Shown here piece after piece: positions 1 to 9,094 of a DNA stretch of 64,000 bases; positions within the stretch are counted from its first letter, which is position 1; each line of letters starts with the position of its first letter. Both the position numbers and the translations under genes were made by a program. This stretch comes from an uncultured virus (IMG/VR IMGVR_UViG_3300023179_000076). Taxonomy: Duplodnaviria > Heunggongvirae > Uroviricota > Caudoviricetes. Location: positions 1 through 64,000 of IMG/VR virus record IMGVR_UViG_3300023179_000076, one strand, 5' to 3'. A model generated the notes under the pieces. That model searched no databases, was not told where the DNA came from, and worked only from the letters and a program-made list of their open reading frames with translations.

Positions 1-270
1 GGAACAACAAGAATAAAACCTAAAAGAGGTTGTTTAAAAATAGATGGAACAAGACATAGAGTAAGCTACAGATGCCACATCTCTTTGCCAAATGATATAT
101 CTATTTTCTTTTTAGATAGAAAAAAAATTAAACAAATACCAAGAATTAAATATTTTCCAAAATTATACATAGACAGAATAGAAAAACTTGATTATAAAGA
201 AATGCAGTGTATAACAGTAGACCATAAAGATAGTTTATATCTCACAGATAATTATATTCCGACCCATAAT
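1..270 (+). mobile_element. C-terminal part of an intein in PhoH (probably class 3)
   Basis: Block F MQCITVD and block G NYIPTHN end at 270; the +1 residue is Thr, the Walker A GK-T threonine. The N-terminal part lies outside the window. Confidence 0.88.
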
Positions 271-813
271 ACCCACTGTGCTGTTGGTTTAGCTTTAGAA
301 CATTTATTAGAAGATAAAATCAAGAAAATCATAATAACAAGACCAGTTGTTGAAGCAGGAGAAAAAATAGGTTATCTTCCAGGTAAATATGAAGAAAAAT
401 TATTTCCTTATCTTTTGCCTATAGAAGATGAGATAAATTATTTTATTGGCCCAGCACTTAATGCAACGCTCAAACTAAATAATAAAATAGAAATTGTGCC
501 TTTAGGATTTATGAGAGGAAGAAATTTTCATGACTGTTTTATAGTAGCAGACGAATGTCAAAATGCTTCGTATGAACAATTAAAAATGCTATTGACAAGA
601 ATTGGTCAAAACAGTAAAATGGTATTAACTGGAGATGTTTCGCAATCAGATCTTGCTAGACATTTACAGGGTGGTTTTTATGAAATGATAAAAAATCTAT
701 CAGACGTAGACGGTATAGGTATTTCTACACTAACCGACCATGATATTATTCGTAATCCAATAATAGCAAAAATTTTAGCAAAACTAGATAATTATGAACA
801 AGGCAGAAAATAG
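1..813 (+). CDS. phoH: PhoH-like ATPase, 5'-truncated by the window, interrupted by an intein at the P-loop
   Basis: Frame is open from base 1. After the intein end (THN|T) come PhoH motifs IIITRPVVEAGEKIGYLPG, PLGFMRGRNF, IVADECQN, LLTRIG, LTGDVSQSD and DIIRNP. Confidence 0.93.
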   Translation, partial: GTTRIKPKRGCLKIDGTRHRVSYRCHISLPNDISIFFLDRKKIKQIPRIKYFPKLYIDRIEKLDYKEMQCITVDHKDSLYLTDNYIPTHNTHCAVGLALEHLLEDKIKKIIITRPVVEAGEKIGYLPGKYEEKLFPYLLPIEDEINYFIGPALNATLKLNNKIEIVPLGFMRGRNFHDCFIVADECQNASYEQLKMLLTRIGQNSKMVLTGDVSQSDLARHLQGGFYEMIKNLSDVDGIGISTLTDHDIIRNPIIAKILAKLDNYEQGRK

Positions 814-1381
814 CAAGTGTTTATTATTAAATGCTGATTATTCACCATTAAGAATTATTAGTTGGCAAAAAGCTATTATTTGGTCTATCAAGTATGATAA
901 TAATCCAACTTTTAAGATAGAAATTATTGAATATTATAAAGACAAATATATTCAAGGAACTAATGATAAACAATTTAAGGTTCCATTAGTTGCAAAAACG
1001 CAAAAATATTTCAATATTCATAATAGATCATTAAAGTTTTCTAGAAAAAATCTATTTATTAGAGATGATCATACTTGCCAATATTGTGGAATAAGATTTA
1101 ATCAGAATGAATTAACTTACGATCATGTTATTCCAAAAAGTCAATTTCATCCTGACAAAAAGAATGCTACTAATTGGTTAAATATAGCCACTGCTTGTGT
1201 TAAATGTAATAGAAAAAAATCAAATAAAACACCAGAACAAGCAAATATGAAGTTACTTAATATCCCTAAAAAACCATTTTATGAGCCAAGATACTTGCCG
1301 TTAGCTAAAGAACTACCTACTATATACAGTAGTGACTCAGATCAAAAAGAATGGATAAAATATATAGATGGCTATTTTTAA
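794..1381 (+). CDS. HNH endonuclease (McrA/HNH_5-like)
   Basis: LLLNADYSPL..ISWQKAI, RKNLFIRDDHTCQYCG, LTYDHVIPKS, NIATACVKCNRKK. Confidence 0.9.
   Translation: MNKAENSKCLLLNADYSPLRIISWQKAIIWSIKYDNNPTFKIEIIEYYKDKYIQGTNDKQFKVPLVAKTQKYFNIHNRSLKFSRKNLFIRDDHTCQYCGIRFNQNELTYDHVIPKSQFHPDKKNATNWLNIATACVKCNRKKSNKTPEQANMKLLNIPKKPFYEPRYLPLAKELPTIYSSDSDQKEWIKYIDGYF
1295..1323 (+). promoter_or_regulatory. Putative sigma70-type promoter
   Basis: TTGCCG-17 nt-TACTAT, about 45 nt upstream of the ATG at 1368. Confidence 0.4.
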
Positions 1382-1775
1382 TACAAATCGATCTACTTCT
1401 AATGAAGATAAATTTTATTGTTTATTAGGATCCGAAGACTATATAGACGACGATGGATATCCAAGATTGAATAATGAGAATATTTCGAAAGCCATTGCTA
1501 AGATAATATTTTCTAAAAAATCAAAACATTTTGCTGATAATGATAAGTCTTATGGTAGATATTATATTAAATTGGATCCAAATTCAAAAATTTTCAATCC
1601 TAAAAAAATTCTATCTCCTATAGAAGAAAAAAATTCTTTATCATTTATTAATAATATATGTAAAAGTGAATGGGACTTTAAAGAGGTTACTCCACAAGTA
1701 TTTCAAAAATATATAAATTTTCTAAAGACAAAAAATCTATCTTGGCTAAAAGACGCTCAAAGAGATATTAAATAA
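1368..1775 (+). CDS. Hypothetical phage protein (paralog of 2495-2878)
   Basis: Shares KFxCL..DxID, IK...FNP and Y.xFL.TKN.xWL..A.R with ORF 2495-2878. Confidence 0.75.
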   Translation: MAIFNTNRSTSNEDKFYCLLGSEDYIDDDGYPRLNNENISKAIAKIIFSKKSKHFADNDKSYGRYYIKLDPNSKIFNPKKILSPIEEKNSLSFINNICKSEWDFKEVTPQVFQKYINFLKTKNLSWLKDAQRDIK

Positions 1776-1778
1776 ATT

Positions 1779-2120
1779 ATGCCAACGTACACTTACCATT
1801 GCGAAAATTGTAATAAAAAATTTGAATTATTTTTTTATATTAAGGATTATATTCCTTCGCCAAAATGTAATTTTTGCAATAGTAAAAAAACAGAAAGAAG
1901 CTATACTGACGATGTTTCTACTATTCAAAACTCAATCAAAAAACATGATACTGAGCTTAAAACGGTAGGAGATCTGGCTAACAGAAATAGAGATCGTATG
2001 AGCGATGATCAAAAACAAAGTCTATACTCCAAACATAATTCTTATAAAGCAACAGAGGATAAAGTCTTGCCCAAAGGTATGAACAGAATCAAGAAACCGC
2101 CAAAAACAAAATGGACCTAA
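1779..2120 (+). CDS. FmdB-family zinc-ribbon protein
   Basis: MPTYTYHCENC..KFE....PKCNFCNS..TER matches the FmdB-type CxxC_CxxC start. Confidence 0.8.
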   Translation: MPTYTYHCENCNKKFELFFYIKDYIPSPKCNFCNSKKTERSYTDDVSTIQNSIKKHDTELKTVGDLANRNRDRMSDDQKQSLYSKHNSYKATEDKVLPKGMNRIKKPPKTKWT

Positions 2121-2121
2121 A

Positions 2122-2502
2122 ATGACAGACAATATAGAATCATCTCAATTTTTTACTAAAGAAGAAATAGATATTTATAAAAAACAAATAGACTCTTTAA
2201 AAGATTTTAAGCCAGAAGATCTTTCTGAATATAGTTATATTTTTGATGATCCTAATAATATTAATAAACAAACAGATGCCCAATATGAAATATATATCAA
2301 TCTCACAGCAAATATTCTAAAAAAAATAGAAGACAATAAGTACCCAGAAATTAACACAGTATGCACCAACAGTTACCACATACCGGTTCCATCTGGAGAA
2401 AATTATAATACATATATTAAAAACTTTTTCGAATATGTAGAAAAATGCATGATATCATCGGCTGAAGAAGCAAACCTACCAGAAAAGGTGAAAGATGAGT
2501 GA
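2122..2502 (+). CDS. Hypothetical protein
   Basis: 126-aa ORF tightly packed in the operon. Confidence 0.65.
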   Translation: MTDNIESSQFFTKEEIDIYKKQIDSLKDFKPEDLSEYSYIFDDPNNINKQTDAQYEIYINLTANILKKIEDNKYPEINTVCTNSYHIPVPSGENYNTYIKNFFEYVEKCMISSAEEANLPEKVKDE

Positions 2503-2878
2503 GGATTATTTATTTACGCCTAAAAAAGATCGTAAGTCATCGGATACAACAAACAAGTTTTTTTGTTTAGAGCAAGATTGTGATTTTATAGATGAAAACA
2601 ATCTTTATAGAAAAAATATTGATGATAATACAGTATTAGCAAAAACAATAAATAAAGACAATCATATTATCTATCAGATTAAAATATCAAATAATAATGA
2701 GTTATTCAATCCGTTTTCTAAGCTCGATAGAGAAAAGAGCTATAGTTTTCTTGATAATGTTGTTAGACCAAGTAATAAATTTATCAATACCAATCAATCG
2801 GTATTTAATTATTATCTTAAATTTTTATCTACTAAAAATAATGCATGGCTAGTTAAAGCAGAAAGGGAGAGATTGTAA
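2495..2878 (+). CDS. Hypothetical phage protein (paralog of 1368-1775)
   Basis: Shared motifs with ORF 1368-1775; overlaps both neighbours. Confidence 0.75.
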   Translation: MSEDYLFTPKKDRKSSDTTNKFFCLEQDCDFIDENNLYRKNIDDNTVLAKTINKDNHIIYQIKISNNNELFNPFSKLDREKSYSFLDNVVRPSNKFINTNQSVFNYYLKFLSTKNNAWLVKAERERL

Positions 2879-3192
2879 TGGCAAAAATATCAAAAAATAA
2901 TATTTACGCTATAAAATATTTATTTTCACAAAATTTTACATTAGAACAGATAGCTGCGGAAACCAATTTATCTATTGATAGTATTCAGGCAATAGTGGAA
3001 TCAGAAAATCTTATTAAGACTAATCAACAGCCAACAGCCAAGGACTTGATGATAAACAAAACAGCAGTTAAGAAAAATAATACTGTTGCTATTATGACAC
3101 AAGAGGCGTCTATGATGAACGATCACAATAAAACAAAGCTGTCTCATTTACAAAAGTCACCAGATCATATATTTAAGCCATTCAACAAATGA
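2878..3192 (+). CDS. Hypothetical protein with possible N-terminal HTH
   Basis: FTLEQIAAETNLSIDSIQAIV resembles a helix-turn-helix. Confidence 0.55.
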   Translation: MAKISKNNIYAIKYLFSQNFTLEQIAAETNLSIDSIQAIVESENLIKTNQQPTAKDLMINKTAVKKNNTVAIMTQEASMMNDHNKTKLSHLQKSPDHIFKPFNK

Positions 3193-3611
3193 AATTTATA
3201 TCAAGATACTCCAATAATAAGGAAGTATCAGCTGCCCAATATATCACAGAAATTATTTGTGAAAAAAAGGCAAAACTTGATAAAAAAGATATTCACTATA
3301 AATTTTGGCTAAATAAAGAATGGTCTGCTTTTTATAGAAATCAGATCGCAACAGCCAATAAATTAGTTAAACAATACAGTCCTTTGGCTATAGTAAAAGC
3401 TTTACAAGATAGCAAAACTGTGAACACATATTCGTTGCGAGCGCCAATGCTCAAGGCTATTATAGAGCATCACCAGAAAATTTTAGATTCACAAAACAAA
3501 GAATTTTCAAAAGATATAGACAGATCATCTCATAAAAAATATAAAACAAACAATAATAAAAAATCTAATAATATACTTTCAAAACTAGAGGACATAGATA
3601 ATGAGTCTTAA
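3189..3611 (+). CDS. Hypothetical phage protein
   Basis: 140-aa ORF overlapping both neighbours. Confidence 0.65.
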   Translation: MKFISRYSNNKEVSAAQYITEIICEKKAKLDKKDIHYKFWLNKEWSAFYRNQIATANKLVKQYSPLAIVKALQDSKTVNTYSLRAPMLKAIIEHHQKILDSQNKEFSKDIDRSSHKKYKTNNNKKSNNILSKLEDIDNES

Positions 3612-4614
3612 AGAAGATATAATCAAAAATTTTGGAGATGATATTATATTGTCTGGTAACTCACTGGTAGAAAAAAAGATATTAACTATTCCAATTAGTC
3701 CAGCTCTGGATATAGTTCTAGGTGGTGGAATACCAGAAGGTAGTTTTGTGATATTTACAGGACAACCTAAATGTGGTAAAACTTTGTCATCATTAGACTT
3801 TGCAACCACCGCACAAAAACCAGAATATCAAGGAGATCTAAAGAACCCTAGAGAAGTATACTACCTAAATATCGAAGGTAGACTAAAACAACGAGATCTA
3901 CTTGGAATAAAAGGATTAGATCTGAGCAGATTTCATATTATAGGATCCCAACAAGGTAAAATCTTACACGCCGAAGAATATTTACAAATAGCAGAAAGAA
4001 TTATAAATGAAATTCCCGGCTCTATAGTAATCATAGACTCGTATTCTGCACTATGTACAGAAGCCGAAATTACTAGTGATATGGACAAAATGCAGAGAGC
4101 AGATGGAGCAAAGTTATTAGCCAAATTCTGTAGAAAAGTTTCTAACGTTATTCCTGTTAATAAAAATATTGTGATCGGTATCACCCATTTGATGGGTAAT
4201 CCGACAGGATATGGAGCAGAGTTTAAGGAGAAGAGCGGTCAGGGTATCGCATATCAAACCGATATTAAACTACGAGCAAAAAGTTCTAAGCCATGGTCTT
4301 TAGGAGCAGACGATACTCAGATAGGCCAAGAGGTTGAATGGCAAGTTATTTGTTCCGCTCTCGGTCCTCCGGGAGGAGTAGCAAAAAGCTTTATTCGTTA
4401 TAATGAGGGCATAGATAAGCTCACAGAGCTTGTCAACTTGGCGTCAGATGTCGGAGTTATAAATAAAGGTGGAGCATGGTATACCATCAAAACCAGTAAA
4501 GACTCTCATAAATTTCAAGGGGCAGAAAAAACTAGAATATTTTTAATGGAAAATCCAGAAATAGCAAAAGAGGTCGAAGATTCTGTTAAAAGCTTACTGG
4601 GTATTAAAAAGTAA
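3601..4614 (+). CDS. recA: RecA/UvsX-like recombinase
   Basis: ALDIVLGGGIPEG, Walker A GQPKCGKT, YLNIEGR, Walker B IVIIDSYSAL, C-terminal GAWY and FQG. Confidence 0.9.
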   Translation: MSLKEDIIKNFGDDIILSGNSLVEKKILTIPISPALDIVLGGGIPEGSFVIFTGQPKCGKTLSSLDFATTAQKPEYQGDLKNPREVYYLNIEGRLKQRDLLGIKGLDLSRFHIIGSQQGKILHAEEYLQIAERIINEIPGSIVIIDSYSALCTEAEITSDMDKMQRADGAKLLAKFCRKVSNVIPVNKNIVIGITHLMGNPTGYGAEFKEKSGQGIAYQTDIKLRAKSSKPWSLGADDTQIGQEVEWQVICSALGPPGGVAKSFIRYNEGIDKLTELVNLASDVGVINKGGAWYTIKTSKDSHKFQGAEKTRIFLMENPEIAKEVEDSVKSLLGIKK

Positions 4615-5033
4615 TGAATATAACTAATTTGGATGGAGGAGTTGTTTCTTGGGCCTTGACAGGCTACGTCTCAAAGGGTAAAATACAAAATAAGTCATCG
4701 TACCATTTGCAAGCAAGAAACCTATTGATTTCTCTTCATCCGACACTACAAATATTAGAAGAGGTTTTGGTACCTATAAGAAAAGGACAAATAGCATATT
4801 TAGATTTCTATCTACCACTATTAAAATGGTGTGTTGAGGTTCATGGAGAACAACACTATAAGTATGTACCATATTATCATGGCAATATGATGAGTTTTCT
4901 TAAAGCTCAAAAAAAAGATAGAGAAAAATCAGAATGGTGCAATATTAATAATATAAGATATATAGAACTACCATACCATGAAAATATAGACCAATGGACT
5001 CAAAGAATAAATTATGAACAACAAATCATCTAA
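4614..5033 (+). CDS. PD-(D/E)XK/Vsr-like endonuclease
   Basis: YLDFYLP...VEVHGEQHY...KDREKSEWC..NNIRYIELPY. Confidence 0.75.
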   Translation: MNITNLDGGVVSWALTGYVSKGKIQNKSSYHLQARNLLISLHPTLQILEEVLVPIRKGQIAYLDFYLPLLKWCVEVHGEQHYKYVPYYHGNMMSFLKAQKKDREKSEWCNINNIRYIELPYHENIDQWTQRINYEQQII

Positions 5034-5505
5034 AGAAGAATTACAGTATTGGGATAAAATTTTAGACGAATATGAAAATTCTATAGGCTTATCCGAATTC
5101 TCTGCTAATATTATACCATCGGAAGAAATAAATAAATATACATCAATGAATAGGGACGAAATAGAGAAATTAAGCCCAGAAGATTGTGCGCAAATATCAT
5201 ATAGATTATCCCAATTCTCTTTCTATATACAACGTAGTTTAAATAGAGAAATAGCCAGATATAACTGGGCAGATGAAAATATAAAAGAAGTTATAGCAGA
5301 TGATATCAATAACTATAAAGGATATGGTTATATTGAAAAATCAATACAGGCTATTAAACATAATGAAAAAGCTAATGGCTTGAGTAGTATTAAAAAATAT
5401 GCAAAACAACGCAGCGATAGATTACAATATCTTGCCAATAGCATAAAAAACTTATCCGATGTCATGATTTCCATCCAAAAGAGTAAAAGTAAACATGGAT
5501 CTTAA
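5014..5505 (+). CDS. Hypothetical helical protein (possible UvsY-like recombination mediator)
   Basis: Coiled-coil-like 163-aa ORF next to recA; the function is inferred from context only. Confidence 0.45.
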   Translation: MNNKSSKEELQYWDKILDEYENSIGLSEFSANIIPSEEINKYTSMNRDEIEKLSPEDCAQISYRLSQFSFYIQRSLNREIARYNWADENIKEVIADDINNYKGYGYIEKSIQAIKHNEKANGLSSIKKYAKQRSDRLQYLANSIKNLSDVMISIQKSKSKHGS

Positions 5506-5896
5506 AGATTTATTAAATAATCCAGAACAAATAAAAAATTTAATTACCGTACTTCAATCTTTATTACCGGACGAAAAAGCCGAAAGAAAGGAAGAAACTC
5601 CTTCTGTTGATAGCGAAAATACTAGTCTAACAAATAGTATCCGTACCAAAAATAAAAGACTTCCAGCACAATCAGGTAATAAATTTGAAAAAATGAGCGA
5701 GTTTCATATGCACAAAGATGATAAGCTAATAGATGAAAAATTAGCAAAACATCCACCAGTTGCACGAACAAGAGAATACGAACCAATATCTGTGAAGTGC
5801 AGAGTGTGTGGAAAAACAGAAAATATAAATCCCGCCCTTGTGCATGATAGTCCTTCCCGCTATAAATGTAATAACTGTTCAACAAACGCTGGATGA
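5495..5896 (+). CDS. Hypothetical protein with C-terminal zinc ribbon
   Basis: VKCRVCG...YKCNNC. Confidence 0.65.
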   Translation: MDLKDLLNNPEQIKNLITVLQSLLPDEKAERKEETPSVDSENTSLTNSIRTKNKRLPAQSGNKFEKMSEFHMHKDDKLIDEKLAKHPPVARTREYEPISVKCRVCGKTENINPALVHDSPSRYKCNNCSTNAG

Positions 5897-5899
5897 AAA

Positions 5900-7366
5900 A
5901 TGATACTTTGTGATCCTGCCGCAGAAAGAGCGGTATTGTCTGGAATATGCAAATATGGTGAAAATGCATATTTAGATATTGCTGATATTATACAACCATC
6001 AACATTTACTGTTGATAGTAATGTAATGATATATCAAGTAATAAAAGAGATATGTGAAAAAGACCATAGTCCCTCTATAGATATAGCATCAATCCTATCT
6101 GTTGCTCAATCATTAAATTTTGGTCATATTTTATCTCAAAAAAATGAGACTCAACATTTAAAAGCTATTATAGATTTTCCTGTTAATCTAGAAAATGTCA
6201 GAAAATTTGCAGCTAAAATTAGAAAACTACAAATAGCTAGATTACTTAGAGATCAATTAGAAGAAGCAAAAGAAAAATTATTGGATATCACCGGAGCCGA
6301 ACCAATATCGTCGATTATAGGATTGGCAGAAGATAGTATCTTCAATTTCTCGACCCTACTAAATGATACTGATAATAATCCTGTTTGTATAGCTAATATC
6401 GTTGATGATTATATTAATAATATCAAAGAAAATCCAATTGATCAAGTCGGTATATCTACAGGATTTCACGTTTATGATAATGCTATAGGTGGTGGTCTTA
6501 GAAAAGGATCAGTAAGTATTATAGCCGCAAGACCAAAAACTGGTAAGACTCTGCTAGCAGATAATATTGGTTTACACATAGCAAAAAATGTCAAAGTGCC
6601 AGTATTAAATATGGACACCGAGATGAGCACAGACGATCATCTTAATAGGGTTTTGGCCATGATGACAGAAATAGAGATTTCAAGTATAGAAACCGGTAAA
6701 GCATTTGAGTCTCCGGATAAAAATAATAGATTACAAACGGCTCAAAAAGAACTTAAAGATGTTAGACTGTATTACAAGTCAATCGCTGGTAAACCATTTG
6801 AAGAACAATTGGCTATCATGAGAAGATGGCTTGTTAAGGAGGTTGGATTACACCCAGATGGAACAGCCAAAGACTGCGTTATTGTTTATGATTATCTAAA
6901 ACTAATGGATAGTGCAGGAATATCTCAGGATATGAAAGAGTATCAGGTTTTAGGTTTTATGATGACAAGCTTACATAATTTTGCTGTCAGATATAAAGTT
7001 CCTATTCTTGGTTTTATACAATTAAATAGGGATGGTATAACAAAAGAAACCACAGATACCGCCAGCGGTTCTGATCGTATAATATGGTTATGTAGCAATT
7101 TCACTATTTTCAAAAGAAAAAGCGACGAAGAGATCGCCGAAGACGGACCCACTAACGGTAATAGAAAACTTGTTCCTATTATTAGTAGACACGGTGGAGG
7201 TCTAGACGACAATGACTATATTAATTGTCACATGAAGGGCTGGTGTGCAAAAATTGAAGAAGGTAAGACAAGATTGGAATTAGTAAATAATAATACTAAC
7301 ACAGACAAAGGATTTATTGTTAATGACGAGAACAATGATGACGATCAAGAAATCCCGTTCGTATAA
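5900..7366 (+). CDS. dnaB: Replicative DNA helicase DnaB
   Basis: N-terminal AAERAVL, GISTGF..YD..IGGGLRKG, Walker A AARPKTGKT, MDTEMS, VYDYLKLM, FIQLNR, ISRHG. Confidence 0.93.
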   Translation: MILCDPAAERAVLSGICKYGENAYLDIADIIQPSTFTVDSNVMIYQVIKEICEKDHSPSIDIASILSVAQSLNFGHILSQKNETQHLKAIIDFPVNLENVRKFAAKIRKLQIARLLRDQLEEAKEKLLDITGAEPISSIIGLAEDSIFNFSTLLNDTDNNPVCIANIVDDYINNIKENPIDQVGISTGFHVYDNAIGGGLRKGSVSIIAARPKTGKTLLADNIGLHIAKNVKVPVLNMDTEMSTDDHLNRVLAMMTEIEISSIETGKAFESPDKNNRLQTAQKELKDVRLYYKSIAGKPFEEQLAIMRRWLVKEVGLHPDGTAKDCVIVYDYLKLMDSAGISQDMKEYQVLGFMMTSLHNFAVRYKVPILGFIQLNRDGITKETTDTASGSDRIIWLCSNFTIFKRKSDEEIAEDGPTNGNRKLVPIISRHGGGLDDNDYINCHMKGWCAKIEEGKTRLELVNNNTNTDKGFIVNDENNDDDQEIPFV

Positions 7367-8492
7367 TCAGCCACAACTTAAAGTACTATCTGATTATTTA
7401 TGTGAAGATATAGATAATCTACTAGACAATTTAAATGTTGGTGAGTATAAAACTTTTGATCGCATGATAGCCATGAGATGTCCAATTCATGGCGGAGATA
7501 ATAATTCTGCTTGTAATTTATATTACAAAGGAGACTCATATAGAGGTAACTGGAAATGCAGAACACATCAATGTGAAGAAACCTTTAAAGGGTCTATTAT
7601 AGGATTTATAAGAGGTTGTTTATCTAAACAAAATGGTTGGACAGGACCTGGGGATCCAACCGTTTCTTTTAACGACGCTGTAGAATACGCCATTAATTTT
7701 ACTAAAAAGAATCCTAGTCAAATAAAAGTTAGTAAAAAAGAAGTAGAAAAAAATAATTTTGTAAATATTGTTAATAATATACAAACAGATATTAGATCTG
7801 TTGATGATACTCCTAAAATCACAAGAGATAAAATAGTAAAGAATTTAAAAATTCCATCAGATTATTTTATTAGCAGAGGATTTTCTTCTGAAATACTTAT
7901 CAAATATGATGTTGGTGAATGTTTAAGTTCCGAAAAAGAAATGGGCGACAGAGCTGTTGTACCAGTATACGACGACACTCACGAGAATATGGTCGGTTGT
8001 TCTGGCAGAAGTATTTTTACTCAATGCTCTAAATGTAAAAGTTATCATAATTTAACAAAAGATTGTCCAAATTCAGATTATTTATGGCAATATTCTAAGT
8101 GGAAACATAATAAGGGATTTAAAACACAAGAGTATCTATATAATCTATGGTATGCAAAAGACTATATACAACAGAATAAAAATGTTGTGCTGGTCGAAAG
8201 CCCAGGAAATGTTTGGAGATTAGAAGAGGCCGGAATTCATAATAGCGTAGCCCTATTCGGCTCTGTATTACAAGAAAAACAAAAATTGTTATTGGATATT
8301 TCTGGAGCAATGAGTATATATATACTTATGGACAATGACGACGCTGGCAAAAGAGCTGCTCAAAAAATCTATGATAAATGTCATAAAACATATAATGTTT
8401 TCTATATTGATATTGATCACAGCGATGTTGCTGATATGTCAGTAGCTGAAGTAAAAGAGATTATTTTACCACAATTAAAAGATAAATACTAA
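7317..8492 (+). CDS. dnaG: DNA primase DnaG (true start possibly ATG 7335)
   Basis: CHC2 zinc finger CPIHGGDN...WKCRTHQC, YFISRGF, RAVVPVYD, VGCSGR, YLYN, TOPRIM LVESPG and MDNDDAG. Confidence 0.88.
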   Translation: MLMTRTMMTIKKSRSYNQPQLKVLSDYLCEDIDNLLDNLNVGEYKTFDRMIAMRCPIHGGDNNSACNLYYKGDSYRGNWKCRTHQCEETFKGSIIGFIRGCLSKQNGWTGPGDPTVSFNDAVEYAINFTKKNPSQIKVSKKEVEKNNFVNIVNNIQTDIRSVDDTPKITRDKIVKNLKIPSDYFISRGFSSEILIKYDVGECLSSEKEMGDRAVVPVYDDTHENMVGCSGRSIFTQCSKCKSYHNLTKDCPNSDYLWQYSKWKHNKGFKTQEYLYNLWYAKDYIQQNKNVVLVESPGNVWRLEEAGIHNSVALFGSVLQEKQKLLLDISGAMSIYILMDNDDAGKRAAQKIYDKCHKTYNVFYIDIDHSDVADMSVAEVKEIILPQLKDKY

Positions 8493-9085
8493 TGAATACT
8501 AAAATAATAGCATTTTCTGGCCGTAAACAGTCTGGCAAAACTATTTGTTCAGAATTTTTAAAAGGATTATTATTATCTAATGGATATTCTGATGTTGAAA
8601 TATATAACTTTGCAGATCCATTGAAAGAAGACATATGCATGAACATGTTTGGATTATCATACGTTCAGTGTTATGGCGAAGATCATAATAAGAATGAACT
8701 AGTTGATGCCTATTGGGAAGATAAGCAACTAACAGCTAGAGATTTAATGCAATTAATAGGCACCGACTTATTTAGAAAATTAAATAATAATATTTGGGTA
8801 AATGCTCTTATCAATAAAATTAAAAAGAGTAAACTTCAAGTTGTTATAGTTTCTGATTGTAGATTTCCTAATGAAATAGAAGCTATAAAAAATAATGGAG
8901 GAATAGTATTTCGACTAAATAGAAATCCACACAAATCAGAACATATTAGCGAATCAATATTGGATGCTTGCAGATATGATTGGAATAATTTTAATGCTAT
9001 CATTAATAATGAACATATGACAGTTAGAGAGCAATATGATAAACTTAAAAAACTTATGTTACATTTTAATGTACTACCACAATAA
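8492..9085 (+). CDS. Deoxynucleoside monophosphate kinase
   Basis: IAFSGRKQSGKT, NFADPLK, RDLMQLIGTDLFR, VSDCRFPNE, HISE. Confidence 0.9.
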   Translation: MNTKIIAFSGRKQSGKTICSEFLKGLLLSNGYSDVEIYNFADPLKEDICMNMFGLSYVQCYGEDHNKNELVDAYWEDKQLTARDLMQLIGTDLFRKLNNNIWVNALINKIKKSKLQVVIVSDCRFPNEIEAIKNNGGIVFRLNRNPHKSEHISESILDACRYDWNNFNAIINNEHMTVREQYDKLKKLMLHFNVLPQ

Positions 9086-9094
9086 TAGGATATC

